From a virus, in IMG/VR virus record IMGVR_UViG_3300033418_000001, positions 44,444 through 108,443 of that record: a stretch of DNA of 64,000 nucleotides, one strand, 5' to 3'. Under the pieces are notes generated by a model, which worked only from the letters and a program-made list of their open reading frames with translations, ran no database searches and was not told the origin of the DNA. This document shows, piece by piece, positions 17,771 through 27,893 of this stretch; the first letter of the stretch is position 1, and each line of letters begins with the position of its first letter. The translations under genes were made by a program, and so were the position numbers.

Positions 17771-20101
17771 TCATCTTCGGGTCTGCCATGCTACCTCCGT
17801 CCTCATCATACCACGGTAGGAAGGGATGCTCAATCCTTTGACGACAGGATGGGACTGCCGCCACCGAGAATGAAGCCGGTCCCAAGCTCCTCTTCGGTCT
17901 TGTCCGAGATGGGCATCAATGACGGCTTGGTAGGCGTCTCTTCCTTCTTGGCGGGTGTCCCAACTGCCAAGGAACTCGCCACGTCCGCGCCACTGGGAGA
18001 TTTCGATTCCATGTCTCGCTCCTGCTTCCTGAACCTGCTTCTTGAGTTGAGTGCCCGGGTCGAACACGTACACGTCGGTGTGCCCTGAGTGCGGGACCAT
18101 GGTGTGGAACTCCAACCCGGCCTCGCTGAACTTCGCGTGCACCGACTTCAGATCGGTGTCCGACACCTTCACCTTGTACATGGAGTCGGGTCCGTCCTTC
18201 TCCACCTTGAAGGGGATCACTGCCTTCTGATCGGCAAGCATACCCTTCATCGCTGCCGACAGCCTGATCTGATCGTAGGAGGCGTTACCATAGACGCGAC
18301 CGAGCATCGTGTTCTCGGCCCCGTCACTCCACGCACCGACGCCACTCTCATGCTTCGAACGCAGATCAAGCAGCGCATCCACTTCCGTAGCAATCGCCAC
18401 AACATCCTGATGGCGTGCCGCCCGTACCGCACCCTCCGCGCCTTTAACGTCCATGCCTTCATCGACGTTGGGGGAGACGAAGGAGACACCCTGACCATTG
18501 CCCGCGACAGTGAAGCGTCCCCGCTCATCGTGGTTGGGGTTGAACTTGCGAGCGCGCCCCTGATCGAGGTCCAACACCTGTGCGTCGATATGCACTGTGT
18601 TGTTCATCGCTTCGAACGCAACTCGATGGTGTCCGTCAAGGAGGTACATCTTGCCGCGATGCCGAGCAACCTGCACTGGCTTCGCGTTGACGTTCTTAAA
18701 GTTCTTCACAGCTTCGTGATGCACGACGTTCTGCGTGAAGATCAAGTCCCGTATCGCCACAACCTCAACGGGCTGTTGGGAGAAGAGAACGTCCCGGGAA
18801 GCCTTCTGCTCCTTTCCCGAGTCGGCGTTGATGTCGGTGCCCTGTAGCTGCATCAGGTCTTCGAAGAACGGCACCTTGGTGTACGGCACGTAGGTGGCGT
18901 CGGGGATGATGCTGCCGAGCGGCTTCACCTGCTTCGGGTCACTGAGCGGTCGCCTCTCCGGCTTGAGGTCGATGATCTTGCGGTCGAGGTCGGTGAACTC
19001 CGCGTTGCCCACGCCACCGGAGGCGAAGCGGCCCAACGCATCGTGGTGCGGGTTGAACTTCAGCACCTCCATGTACTCGTCCGCCTTGCGCGACTTGCGG
19101 TAGTGCGGGTTCTCCTTGCGGTGGTCCACCACCAACACCGGAGGCTCAGGCCACTTCACCATGTTGTGGTGGATGGTGTAGCCCTTGTTGAAGTAGCGCA
19201 CCATCTTGTCGAAGTTGGCCTCGTTCTTGTAGTTGCCACCGTTCTGCCTGCCATCCGGCCCCGTGGTGCCCACGATCACGTCAGTGGGCACGTAGCGGCC
19301 CCCGGGCTGTAGCGCCCGCCGCGCCGAGCGCGTCGCCGCATCCTTCGGCGGCAGGAACATGTAGGCGCCCTTCAGATCGAACCCGGCCTTCTTGAACGAC
19401 AGGACGAGCGAGGTCTTGTCGCTCTTCAGCGTCATGTCCAACACCATGCTGATGCGGCTCACCCGGGCGTACTCGATCAACTGCTTGAAGATGTGGTCGC
19501 CCTCTTCGTGCCACAGCCCCGCGTCGGCGCCGTTCCACTCCCCATGGTTGACCTGCTTGGAGAGCATCGACTTGATTTCGTCGGGGTCAAGCACGAAGGA
19601 CTTCTTAGAGCCTTCCTCGTTGTAGGCGAGACCCTTGAGTTGGCTCTTGCCTGAGCCGCCGCGACCACCGAGGACCGTGAGCATCGGAGTCTCGCCCTCC
19701 TTGGCCTTGAACTCGTCCATCCCCGGCACCCACTCACCCTTCTCGTTGGTGAAGCCGTTCTTCACCTTGTCCAACACCGCACGGTGCGCCTTCACCCTCT
19801 CGGGGAGGTAGTGCTTGCCGTCGTGGTTGCGGGTCCACACCAGATGGGTGGACATCCCCGCCTTCAGCTTCTCGGTGATGGCGCGGTCCAAGGCGTTGAT
19901 CTTCGCCTGCTCCTCGGGCGTGAGGTCGTTGAACACCTCGGCCACCGACACGGGGCGGTTGAAGCTCTTGGCGAGAACCTGTGCCGACTGCGGCGACCAC
20001 TGCTCCGTGGCCCCTGCCGTGCCCTTCGGGGCGAACTGTCCCCCCTTGGGGGAACCGGCGGGCTGATGGTTTGGGTTGTACTTGAGCAGGTGCAGGAACA
20101 T
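17771..20101 (-). CDS. Tagged polyprotein: zeta-toxin-like P-loop kinase + ParB/Srx-like domain + unknown domain
   Basis: Three tag copies; VLGGRGGSGKS...LDPDEIK...GGRYVP (zeta-like); PVQV...MYLLDGHHR (ParB-like). Confidence 0.85.
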   Translation of the reverse strand: MFLHLLKYNPNHQPAGSPKGGQFAPKGTAGATEQWSPQSAQVLAKSFNRPVSVAEVFNDLTPEEQAKINALDRAITEKLKAGMSTHLVWTRNHDGKHYLPERVKAHRAVLDKVKNGFTNEKGEWVPGMDEFKAKEGETPMLTVLGGRGGSGKSQLKGLAYNEEGSKKSFVLDPDEIKSMLSKQVNHGEWNGADAGLWHEEGDHIFKQLIEYARVSRISMVLDMTLKSDKTSLVLSFKKAGFDLKGAYMFLPPKDAATRSARRALQPGGRYVPTDVIVGTTGPDGRQNGGNYKNEANFDKMVRYFNKGYTIHHNMVKWPEPPVLVVDHRKENPHYRKSRKADEYMEVLKFNPHHDALGRFASGGVGNAEFTDLDRKIIDLKPERRPLSDPKQVKPLGSIIPDATYVPYTKVPFFEDLMQLQGTDINADSGKEQKASRDVLFSQQPVEVVAIRDLIFTQNVVHHEAVKNFKNVNAKPVQVARHRGKMYLLDGHHRVAFEAMNNTVHIDAQVLDLDQGRARKFNPNHDERGRFTVAGNGQGVSFVSPNVDEGMDVKGAEGAVRAARHQDVVAIATEVDALLDLRSKHESGVGAWSDGAENTMLGRVYGNASYDQIRLSAAMKGMLADQKAVIPFKVEKDGPDSMYKVKVSDTDLKSVHAKFSEAGLEFHTMVPHSGHTDVYVFDPGTQLKKQVQEAGARHGIEISQWRGRGEFLGSWDTRQEGRDAYQAVIDAHLGQDRRGAWDRLHSRWRQSHPVVKGLSIPSYRGMMRTEVAWQTRR

Positions 20102-20159
20102 GGAGACTCCCCCGTAGACCTGCCCATTCTACGGGGGGATGGGGAACCTGACCAAGGCG

Positions 20160-20173
20160 TGCAGATGTCTGCA
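20160..20173. repeat. 14-bp quasi-palindrome copy 6
   Basis: Intergenic, upstream of the tagged polyprotein. Confidence 0.95.
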
Positions 20174-20175
20174 CG

Positions 20176-20532
20176 CTAGGGTGCCTGTCCGGCGTCTCCG
20201 TTGGTGACGATGCGGGGGCGATCCACCGTGGGTGGGGTGGGGGCAGGCGCAGGCGCCGGGAAGGTCGGGGGGTTGGCCCGCACCCACGTCACCTTGCCAC
20301 CCTCCGTGCCCTTGCTGCGCCAGATGCCCCACGCCGTGACGTACAGGCGGTCCTCGGGCGCCACCTCGTTCAGGAAGGCCGTCAGTTCGATCAGCTTGGC
20401 CGTGCGTCGCCGCAGCAGCGGCATGACGTTGGTGAGGAGTTCGATGGCCTCCGGCCCCTTCACCTTCTTCGCCTTCAGGCGAGCCTCCAAGTCCTTCATG
20501 GCCTTGTCGCCCGTCATCATCGTGATGCTCAT
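20176..20532 (-). CDS. Hypothetical protein
   Basis: AAGGAG RBS before ATG 20532 (MSITMMTGDK). Confidence 0.6.
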   Translation of the reverse strand: MSITMMTGDKAMKDLEARLKAKKVKGPEAIELLTNVMPLLRRRTAKLIELTAFLNEVAPEDRLYVTAWGIWRSKGTEGGKVTWVRANPPTFPAPAPAPTPPTVDRPRIVTNGDAGQAP

Positions 20533-20546
20533 GGTTCGCTCCTTGG

Positions 20547-21506
20547 TCAGAACAGCACTTGGACTCGCGCCTTCATGCGGGCGTACTCTTCCGGCGACAG
20601 CACCGGGGACACCTTCTCGCCCGGGGCATCCTTGGCTTCTGCGGCGATCTGCTTCAGATCGGCGTGCAGGGCGCCCTTGGGGGCCGAGAACGGTGACACC
20701 GGGGCGGGAGGCTGCGTGGGGTGGAGGTAGACGTGGGGGTTGTGCGTGGCTTGCCCCGAGGTCACCTTCTTCGCCAACGCCTTGAGCGCCGCCGCACCCG
20801 ACGACACGTTGTCGCCCCACGGCAGACCGTAGTGGCCCGCGCAGATCGGGCCGTAGCCCACCGAGGTGGACTTCTCGTCGCTCAGACCCTTGTTGCAGAA
20901 GCAGCACTTGCCGTGCAGCTTGCCGTAGCTCGCCGCGACGCCTGCCGGGTCGGTGGCGAACGCCTTCAGGGCCGTCTTCACCTTGCCGAGGAACACGTCG
21001 TTCAGCGTCGGCTTCGGCTTGAAGGTGCCATCCGCGAAGATCGTGCCGTAGAACATGTTGGGGTAGCCCGTGTCGGACACCACCAAGATGTTCTCGGGGT
21101 TCTTCGCAGGCTTGAGGGCCATCTTCAGCCCGTCGTAGCTGATCTTGATCGACGGCTTCTTGAGGTGCACTGCCGCCGTGACGAAGAGAGCCTTGATCGC
21201 CGACATCTCGCCTTCCGAGGCGACCGGGGCAGGGCCGTTGTCGATGACCGGGGGCAGGCCCGCCACTGCCGCGAGAGCAGCGACCCCTGCGGCGGACAGC
21301 GGATTGGCGGCAGCGGCCTTCGCCTTGTCCACCATCTTCTGCGCCCAGAGGGCTTGCTTGTCGGACCACCCACCGTACTTGATGTGCCCGTCGCACAGCG
21401 AGAGGGCGAAGCCCTTGTCGCTCTCGGGCAGGTTGGGGAGCGCCGCCTGCAACTCACACAGCAGGGCGGGGTACGGGGTCTTGGGCTTGAACAGTTGGTA
21501 GGACAT
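20547..21506 (-). CDS. Hypothetical protein with DUF6011-like Zn finger
   Basis: CCFCNKGLSDEKSTSVGYGPICA; promoter/RBS cassette upstream. Confidence 0.75.
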   Translation of the reverse strand: MSYQLFKPKTPYPALLCELQAALPNLPESDKGFALSLCDGHIKYGGWSDKQALWAQKMVDKAKAAAANPLSAAGVAALAAVAGLPPVIDNGPAPVASEGEMSAIKALFVTAAVHLKKPSIKISYDGLKMALKPAKNPENILVVSDTGYPNMFYGTIFADGTFKPKPTLNDVFLGKVKTALKAFATDPAGVAASYGKLHGKCCFCNKGLSDEKSTSVGYGPICAGHYGLPWGDNVSSGAAALKALAKKVTSGQATHNPHVYLHPTQPPAPVSPFSAPKGALHADLKQIAAEAKDAPGEKVSPVLSPEEYARMKARVQVLF

Positions 21507-21536
21507 TTAGCACTCCTTTGCCATCACTACAACCCC

Positions 21537-21565
21537 ACTGTACTACAACGCCGGGAAACTGTCAA
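21537..21565 (-). promoter_or_regulatory. Sigma70-type promoter
   Basis: TTGACA-N17-TACAGT, then AAAGGAGTG. Confidence 0.8.
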
Positions 21566-22784
21566 CCACCACTCTTGGGCAGGGGGCGGCAGATGGTGTT
21601 GCGGCAGGTCTCGCACACGAAGCGCAGCTTGCCCCCCATCTTCACGCTGTTGCCACTCCGCACCGGCATCATCTTCGAACACATGAAGCACTTGCTCTCC
21701 CTCTTGTCCAACGTCACGTCTTCTCTCCACTGGTCGCAATGGTCTCTGTGATCTTCGTCTTCGCCAAGCCGATCTGATGCAGTTCGTAGTGCACCGAGAG
21801 CTTGGCCCGCTGCTCTGGCGTCAGGAACGACGCGCAGTCCTTGATCATGGTCTCAGCTTGCTCCAAGGCTGACAAGATGCCCGCGAGGCATTCCGTCATC
21901 TCTTGGAGCCGCACCTTCATCGGGATGTAGACGACGCGCGACTTCGCGTCCTCCCACGTGTGCCCCTGCACGCACACTCGGTAGATGGCAGGGAGCCGCC
22001 TCACCACCTGCCCCGCCTTGCCGCAGTAGGGGCAGTGGTCCGCGCCCTTCTGCGCGCCGGGTACTACTTCGATTTGCGCCATGGTCCCTTGGAGACGTTG
22101 GGTGCCGGGGGGACCACCTGCTCATCCGGCAGCGAGGCCACCGTGACCATGGGTTCCACCGGGGGCCGATGCAGCACCGCCGTCTGCGCGGTCTTCTCCA
22201 CCTTCTTGTCGAGGGCGTAGCCCACCTTCGACTTCTCGCGCAGCCAGATGGCGTTACGCAGCCACGCCGAGCGCATCGACTCGTTGTTGGGGTAGACCTG
22301 CCACGACCGCTGCTCTAAATCCTTGTTCTTGCCGCGCTCCTTCGCCATCACCACACTCCTTCGTTGACGAGCTTCTTGATGTACCACAGGTTGCCCAGTG
22401 CCACGCCGCCCCACAGGAGAGCGACGCCGGGTTGCTTGGCGACCGTCGCCCACAGGATGGCATTGAGGAAGTACAGCAGTGCATTGAGTCCCAACGTGAG
22501 TCTCATGATCCCCTCCTTAGACCAACACCACTTCGATCACCCGAATCCCCACCGGACCCTTCGCCTTCTGGATGCCGACAGTGATCGGGTACGCCTTCTT
22601 CGCTGCCTTGATGGCCTCCACCTCCGTGGGGAAGTCATCCTCCACCCGCTGCGCGGGGCGCCACACCCCGTTGATGCGAATCTCCACCACGAAGGCCGTC
22701 TTGCTCTCTTGGGCGCTCACTTGAGGCTCCTCACTCTTCCCATGGAGGCTTCGCCCCCGAGTCAACAACGGGTGCGACCGGGGT

Positions 22785-22798
22785 TGCAGATGTCTGCA
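22785..22798. repeat. 14-bp quasi-palindrome copy 7
   Basis: TGCAGATGTCTGCA (QTSA). Confidence 0.95.
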
Positions 22799-24072
22799 CA
22801 ACCTTCGACCGCTTGTCCTTCTTGATCGGCTTGATCCTGACCATCAGACCGTAGGCCAACAGAGGCGACGACGGCCCGATGGAATCCGTGCGAAAGCGCA
22901 GGATCACCTCGGCCTTGCCCTCGATCACCATCATGTTGAGGGCATCGTAGCGACCCTTGCCCACACTCACCTTGCCGCCGCGAGGGCCGGTGCCGGTCAC
23001 CCACATGGCCGAGAGCATCCGCTTGGTGTGCTTCGACTCGGCAATCAACTCCAACTCGGAGTGGGTGTACTTCACGTCGGTTCCTTCGGCAGTTCCGGCT
23101 CCACCTTGTCGAAGCCGAACGCCTCGTAGAGGTCGGGTTCCAGAACACACTTGCCCGTCTTCATGATCTGCGACCGCAACGGCTCCATGATGCTCTCCCA
23201 GAAGTGCGCCTCACGCTTGGCCACGCACCACCGGCCCGTGGGGAACACACCCGGGGCCACCTCCGGTTGCCACCGCTCCTTCTGGTACTTGGTGGCCTCG
23301 ATCACCGTGATGCCGAGCGCCATGTTGCGGCGGCACTGCGGGCACGGCTCCAAGCTGATGATGGACTTCCGTTCCGCCTTGCGGCCCTTGTTGTACCCGA
23401 GGAGGCCGATGGTGCCGTCCTCGCTGCCGCACCAGAAGCACAGCCCGAGGGTGGGGTTGACCCCCTCCGTGGGGTGGAGAGTGATCCTGCTCATCCGAAC
23501 ATCCTTGGCATCGTGAGAACGAGTCCGGTGTTGCGCTCGATGCAGGCGCGCAAGTCGGAGTTGAAGATGTCCTTGTCCGAGGCGACGGTCTTGCACGTGA
23601 AGCCACCCTTGCCCCGGCGAATCGAGAGGAAGTCCACGTCGTACAAGTCGCTGCCGTTCAGGCGGATGACGATCTTGTTGATGCGAGGCCGCGACAGGTT
23701 GGAGGGGATGGAGAACTGCAACCCCCCGGGGGACGTGTCATTGGCGCTCAGGGCATAGACCTCCCGCGCCCCGAGCATCAGCCGCAACACCCTCATGCCG
23801 CCCAACTGCGCGAGGATGACGTTGCCGACGAAGTTCTTACTGGTCAGGTCGTTCACGCTGCCACCTTGCCGAGGAAGACGCGGACGTACCACTCGCCGAA
23901 CCCGAGGGAGTAGACGCGCTCGCGGTTCGCGGCCCGCTTGAGGACGCTCGCCTTGTAGGCAGCGTAGTAGTCAACGAGCTTCGCGTCGGCGACCTCGTAG
24001 ACCGGGAGGGGCGGGAACTTGAGGGCTTCGGCCATGACGCACTCCTTTGCGGTGGGGAAGGACTACAGCCCC

Positions 24073-24101
24073 ATGATGCCCTACTCATGATGCAATGTCA
24101 A
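24073..24101 (-). promoter_or_regulatory. Sigma70-type promoter (weak -10)
   Basis: TTGACA-N17-CATCAT, then AAAGGAGTG. Confidence 0.55.
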
Positions 24102-24306
24102 TGGGGAACAAGCTGCCCGCCCTCGGCAGCGAAGTAGTCCAGTACCTCTGCCGCAACACAGGGCGGCATGTGCTGCTGCACCGGGGCACCATCCCACCAC
24201 ATGGTGTGCAGCCAGTCGCGGGCCTCTCGATCCAAGGGGACCAAGACCACCATGTGATTGGACGGCTGATGCAGGGACATTCTCATGGGGGGATGATAGC
24301 CGAGCG

Positions 24307-24320
24307 TGCAGACATCTGCA
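24307..24320. repeat. 14-bp quasi-palindrome copy 8
   Basis: TGCAGACATCTGCA, intergenic. Confidence 0.95.
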
Positions 24321-24336
24321 CACCCGGCTCAGGAGG

Positions 24337-24867
24337 TTAGCCCAACACCTTGAGGTAGTACCGGCGCTTCTTCTCAAGCTTGGCCAGTGCCGTCTTGGCG
24401 CGCTTGGCTTTGGTCTCCCACCGCTTGATCCCGGCCTCCACCAAGGCGAGCTTGCGTTGCCGTGGGTCCGCCACCGGGGCGGGCTTCTTCTCCGGTGCCT
24501 TCAGCTTGCCCGCGAGCCACCCCCGCTTCAGGGCTTCCTTGGTGAGCTTGATTTCCCACCGGGCATGGTGCTTGGAGTGGGGCCGCTCGCCGGGGTTGGC
24601 GGCATACCAGAAGTAGTGGCTGAGTTCGTGGATCAGGTTCTTCCACCCGCGACTCGGGTTCACCGTCAGCACGCCGTTGCGGTACCAGTTGTAGCGGTTC
24701 CCCGTGCCGATGTGCACCTTGCCCGTGTAGGTCTCGCCCATGGCGTAGCGCCACAGGCGCCGTGCTGCCCGCTCCGCTTCGTGGGCCGTGAGGGGTGGCA
24801 GGGGATTGGGCCACAGAGGCGCGACCGGCTTGTGGATGTCGATGGGATCGTACTGTTTGACTGCCAT
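24337..24867 (-). CDS. SprT-like zincin (HExxH) protein
   Basis: LIHELSHY...HSKHH; consensus promoter upstream. Confidence 0.6.
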   Translation of the reverse strand: MAVKQYDPIDIHKPVAPLWPNPLPPLTAHEAERAARRLWRYAMGETYTGKVHIGTGNRYNWYRNGVLTVNPSRGWKNLIHELSHYFWYAANPGERPHSKHHARWEIKLTKEALKRGWLAGKLKAPEKKPAPVADPRQRKLALVEAGIKRWETKAKRAKTALAKLEKKRRYYLKVLG

Positions 24868-24911
24868 GCTGCACTCCTTTGCTGTGTCACCGGGACCGCC
24901 CCGGCAGGGTC

Positions 24912-24940
24912 ATTATAACACAGCGTCAGGAGACTGTCAA
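24912..24940 (-). promoter_or_regulatory. Consensus sigma70 promoter
   Basis: TTGACA-N17-TATAAT, then AAAGGAGTG. Confidence 0.9.
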
Positions 24941-26847
24941 GCGGCCTCTGATGCGTCCTCGGTCTCTCCGGTCTTCAACTTGTCCGGTTTCTTGATGGCT
25001 TCCTTGATCGAGTCGGGCACCATGATGAGCGGGATGTTGAAGCTGCCCCACACCTCGCGGCGCATGGTGAGACCGAACACCACCCCGGCCAGTGAGTCGG
25101 CGATGTCCTTGCTGCCCGTGGGCAAGTGGTCCACCTTGAACTTCTTGTTGAGAGTGTTCAGCACGAACTGCAACTCGCGCAGTTCCTTGAGCAGCTTCGG
25201 GTTCTGCGGTATGTCCACCCGCTTGTCGTAGATCGCCGCCTTCAGGAAGTCGTAGGGCGTGGTCTCCTTGTCCATGGAGGTCAGGCCCACCGAGTAGCCC
25301 TTCTGCCGCAGCAGTTGGATCGAGTCCACCGACTGGAAGGCGTCGAAGGTGACCCACCGCAGGTTGAGGCCCAACGCCCGCACCATGTAGAGCAGGCGCC
25401 GCAGCTTGTAGAACAGAATCTCGCCGTTGCGCGGGGGCACCACCTCCAACGCCCCGTCGATGTAGATGTGGGGGAGCAGTTCCGAGATGCCGCCACCCCG
25501 GTCCATGGTCATGAAGCGGTCCACGTGCCCGATGGTGACCCCGGCGCTGTCTCCGCTCACCGCCAAGTCGATGTGGCAGAAGCGCGGCATCTCGGGGTTG
25601 ATGAACGCATCGGGGATGATCTTCAATTCGCGCCGGTCGAAGTCGGTGTCGTCCCGGCTGAAGATCGACTTCCGCTTGATGAACACGCGGTTGATGGCCG
25701 CAGGGTCGGGGATGAAGGGCGACTTGGTGAGGTTGGACACGCCCGCGAGTTCGCGCAGCGCGTTGGTGGTGTCCTTCTCAAAGTCAACGCGGAAGTCCTC
25801 GGGGATGTGATCCACCAAGTGCTGATCTTCCGGCTCCACCTTCTCGCCCTCCTCAAGGATGCGCGGCTTGCGGAAGTCGTCGCCGATGAACACTCGGAAC
25901 TTGCGCGTGCTGAACGCCTCGGGCTTGATGTCCCACACCCGCTTGTTGTAGACAAAGATGGTCGGGTCTTTTTTCGCCTCTTCCTCTTTGATGTCGGTGA
26001 ACTGCCCGGGGTACCGCTTAGACGAGACGAGGCACAGAATCCCCGGCATCTTGCCGCCGCTCAGGAAGCGAGACTTGCGGCGACGGGCGATGGAGTTGTA
26101 GACCTCGATGGCTTGGTTGTACGTGCCCGCGTCCACCGAGCGCGATGACTTCTCGATCACCGCCATGTAGTTCAACTCGTCAATCAGCCCGCCGATCACG
26201 TTCTGCCCGATGGTGGCCATGGACGAACCGCTCACCGGCTTGACGATGATGCGGTTGGGGAAGTGCATCTCGCTGTCGAGTGAGTCATCGAAGGCGAAGT
26301 GCTGTTGGAAGTAGGGACTGCCCGCGATCATGGCCTTGAAGCGGGGGTAGTCCACCGTGCGCGCAAGCTTCTCGGTGATGTTCTGGAAGACGATGATCAA
26401 CTCGTCGTTGACCGAGATGCCGTACAGCGCATGGGGGCTGCGCGTGATGGAGAGCAGGTACAACTGATACGCCGTGGTCCACAGCGCGACGGTGGTCTTC
26501 GCGGAGCCGATGCCCCCGGTGAACACCGCCTCAACGTACTTGCCACTGTTGCATTCGACCACCTCGGGCAGCACCAAGTCGTACACCTGACCATGCAGGT
26601 TGAGGTAGTACGGGTCGAGCAGGAAGGTCTCCACGTCCACCGGGGGCACGCGGTAGGGCGACGCGGCGAACTGCAAATCACGCCCGGTGGCCTTGCCGAT
26701 GTTGAGGAGCAAGCCTCGGAAGTATTCCTGCTGCTCGTCCTCTTCTTCCAACTCAAGGCCGATGGAGTACAACTCCTTGGCCGTGTCGTCGCCAAAGGCC
26801 ACCCGCAGGAAGAGCAGGAAGTCCTCAGTGCTTACGGCTTGGCTCAT
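24937..26847 (-). CDS. terL: Terminase large subunit
   Basis: Walker A GGIGSAKT, Walker B LIDE, nuclease HIDLA...TFDAFQS...DHLPTGSKDIADSLAG. Confidence 0.9.
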   Translation of the reverse strand: MSQAVSTEDFLLFLRVAFGDDTAKELYSIGLELEEEDEQQEYFRGLLLNIGKATGRDLQFAASPYRVPPVDVETFLLDPYYLNLHGQVYDLVLPEVVECNSGKYVEAVFTGGIGSAKTTVALWTTAYQLYLLSITRSPHALYGISVNDELIIVFQNITEKLARTVDYPRFKAMIAGSPYFQQHFAFDDSLDSEMHFPNRIIVKPVSGSSMATIGQNVIGGLIDELNYMAVIEKSSRSVDAGTYNQAIEVYNSIARRRKSRFLSGGKMPGILCLVSSKRYPGQFTDIKEEEAKKDPTIFVYNKRVWDIKPEAFSTRKFRVFIGDDFRKPRILEEGEKVEPEDQHLVDHIPEDFRVDFEKDTTNALRELAGVSNLTKSPFIPDPAAINRVFIKRKSIFSRDDTDFDRRELKIIPDAFINPEMPRFCHIDLAVSGDSAGVTIGHVDRFMTMDRGGGISELLPHIYIDGALEVVPPRNGEILFYKLRRLLYMVRALGLNLRWVTFDAFQSVDSIQLLRQKGYSVGLTSMDKETTPYDFLKAAIYDKRVDIPQNPKLLKELRELQFVLNTLNKKFKVDHLPTGSKDIADSLAGVVFGLTMRREVWGSFNIPLIMVPDSIKEAIKKPDKLKTGETEDASEAA

Positions 26848-27517
26848 CGCTCGCTTCGGCAGTGAACTTGCCCTCGATGATGGAGAACGCCCGGTTCAAG
26901 GCAGCGTCCACGCGGTTCGACTTGTTCATGGCCTCCTGCAAACGCTGCTGCGTGCGCGAGGCCAAGCCCTCGATCTGAAGCTTCTGCGGCACCTTGCGGA
27001 GCAGGCCGAGGTCCATCTGAAGGTCGGCGAGCTTGGTGTACAGGTTGCCGAGCAGTTCCACCTCGTAGCGCGTCTTGCGATCCAAGATGCCGGGGTGCAG
27101 GGTGTTCTCGGCGTGGATGGCCTTGGTCACCCGAGTCTGCTGCAACTCCACAAGCTTGGTCAGGTTCTCCAACACGTCCACCTTATCGGCGAACTCGGAC
27201 AGGCGCGGCGCGGTGGGGTCCGCCATCAGGACCAGTTTGCCGATGAGGCAGTCCTTCTTGTAGCGCCCGAGCGTCTTGGCGATGGCGTTCATGGTGCTGC
27301 CGGTGAGCAGCTTCCAATCCAACTTGATCGTTCTGGCGATGGCTTCGCACGTCTCTCCGTTGAGGAGGCGGCTGTCCACCATGGCCATGCGCTCAGGGCC
27401 GAGCGTCTTCGTCAGGAGTGTGTGCGCGGGCTTCTTGGCCGTCCCACGGGTATGGGGAGGCTTCGTCTTCGCCTTTGCAGATGTCTGCACGGTCTTCGTG
27501 TGTACGCGCACCACCAT
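26825..27517 (-). CDS. Putative terminase small subunit
   Basis: HTH-like N-terminal half, helical C-terminal half, immediately upstream of terL. Confidence 0.6.
   Translation of the reverse strand: MVVRVHTKTVQTSAKAKTKPPHTRGTAKKPAHTLLTKTLGPERMAMVDSRLLNGETCEAIARTIKLDWKLLTGSTMNAIAKTLGRYKKDCLIGKLVLMADPTAPRLSEFADKVDVLENLTKLVELQQTRVTKAIHAENTLHPGILDRKTRYEVELLGNLYTKLADLQMDLGLLRKVPQKLQIEGLASRTQQRLQEAMNKSNRVDAALNRAFSIIEGKFTAEASDEPSRKH
27476..27489. repeat. 14-bp quasi-palindrome copy 9
   Basis: In the N-terminus of putative terS (QTSA). Confidence 0.95.
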
Positions 27518-27593
27518 GTGCTGCTCCTGTCGGGCCAGTATAACAAGAGGGGGAGGCTGTCACACCTCCCCCTCGGGCCGCATGGTGGCCGGA

Positions 27594-27893
27594 TCAGATG
27601 CCGTTGCCGGGGAGCAGGCTTGCCTTCACTGCCCTCTTGACCCCCGCCACCTTCACCGTCTTGACGACCTTCTTGGGCGGTCCCGGCTTCACGGTCGGGG
27701 TCTCGTCCACGATCTTGAAGTCGCCTGCGTGCACGGCCTCCAACAGAGCCTTCAGCCCCTTGTCGCGCATCGCCACCGACGTGTAGCTCTCGGCGCCATC
27801 GGCGATGACCTTGCCGTTGCGCGACCGGATGCTCCACCGATGCCCCTTCTTCTTGTCCACGTACTTCACGATCTTCAGTGCCATGACTTCCAC
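27594..27893 (-). CDS. YegP/DUF1508-like protein
   Basis: RWSIRSRNGKVIADGAESY. Confidence 0.7.
   Translation of the reverse strand: MEVMALKIVKYVDKKKGHRWSIRSRNGKVIADGAESYTSVAMRDKGLKALLEAVHAGDFKIVDETPTVKPGPPKKVVKTVKVAGVKRAVKASLLPGNGI

Noticed and set aside
8276-26847. Inteins or introns in PolA or terminase
   Set aside because: Lengths and motif spacing are continuous; no intein-like C/S...HN boundaries were noticed.
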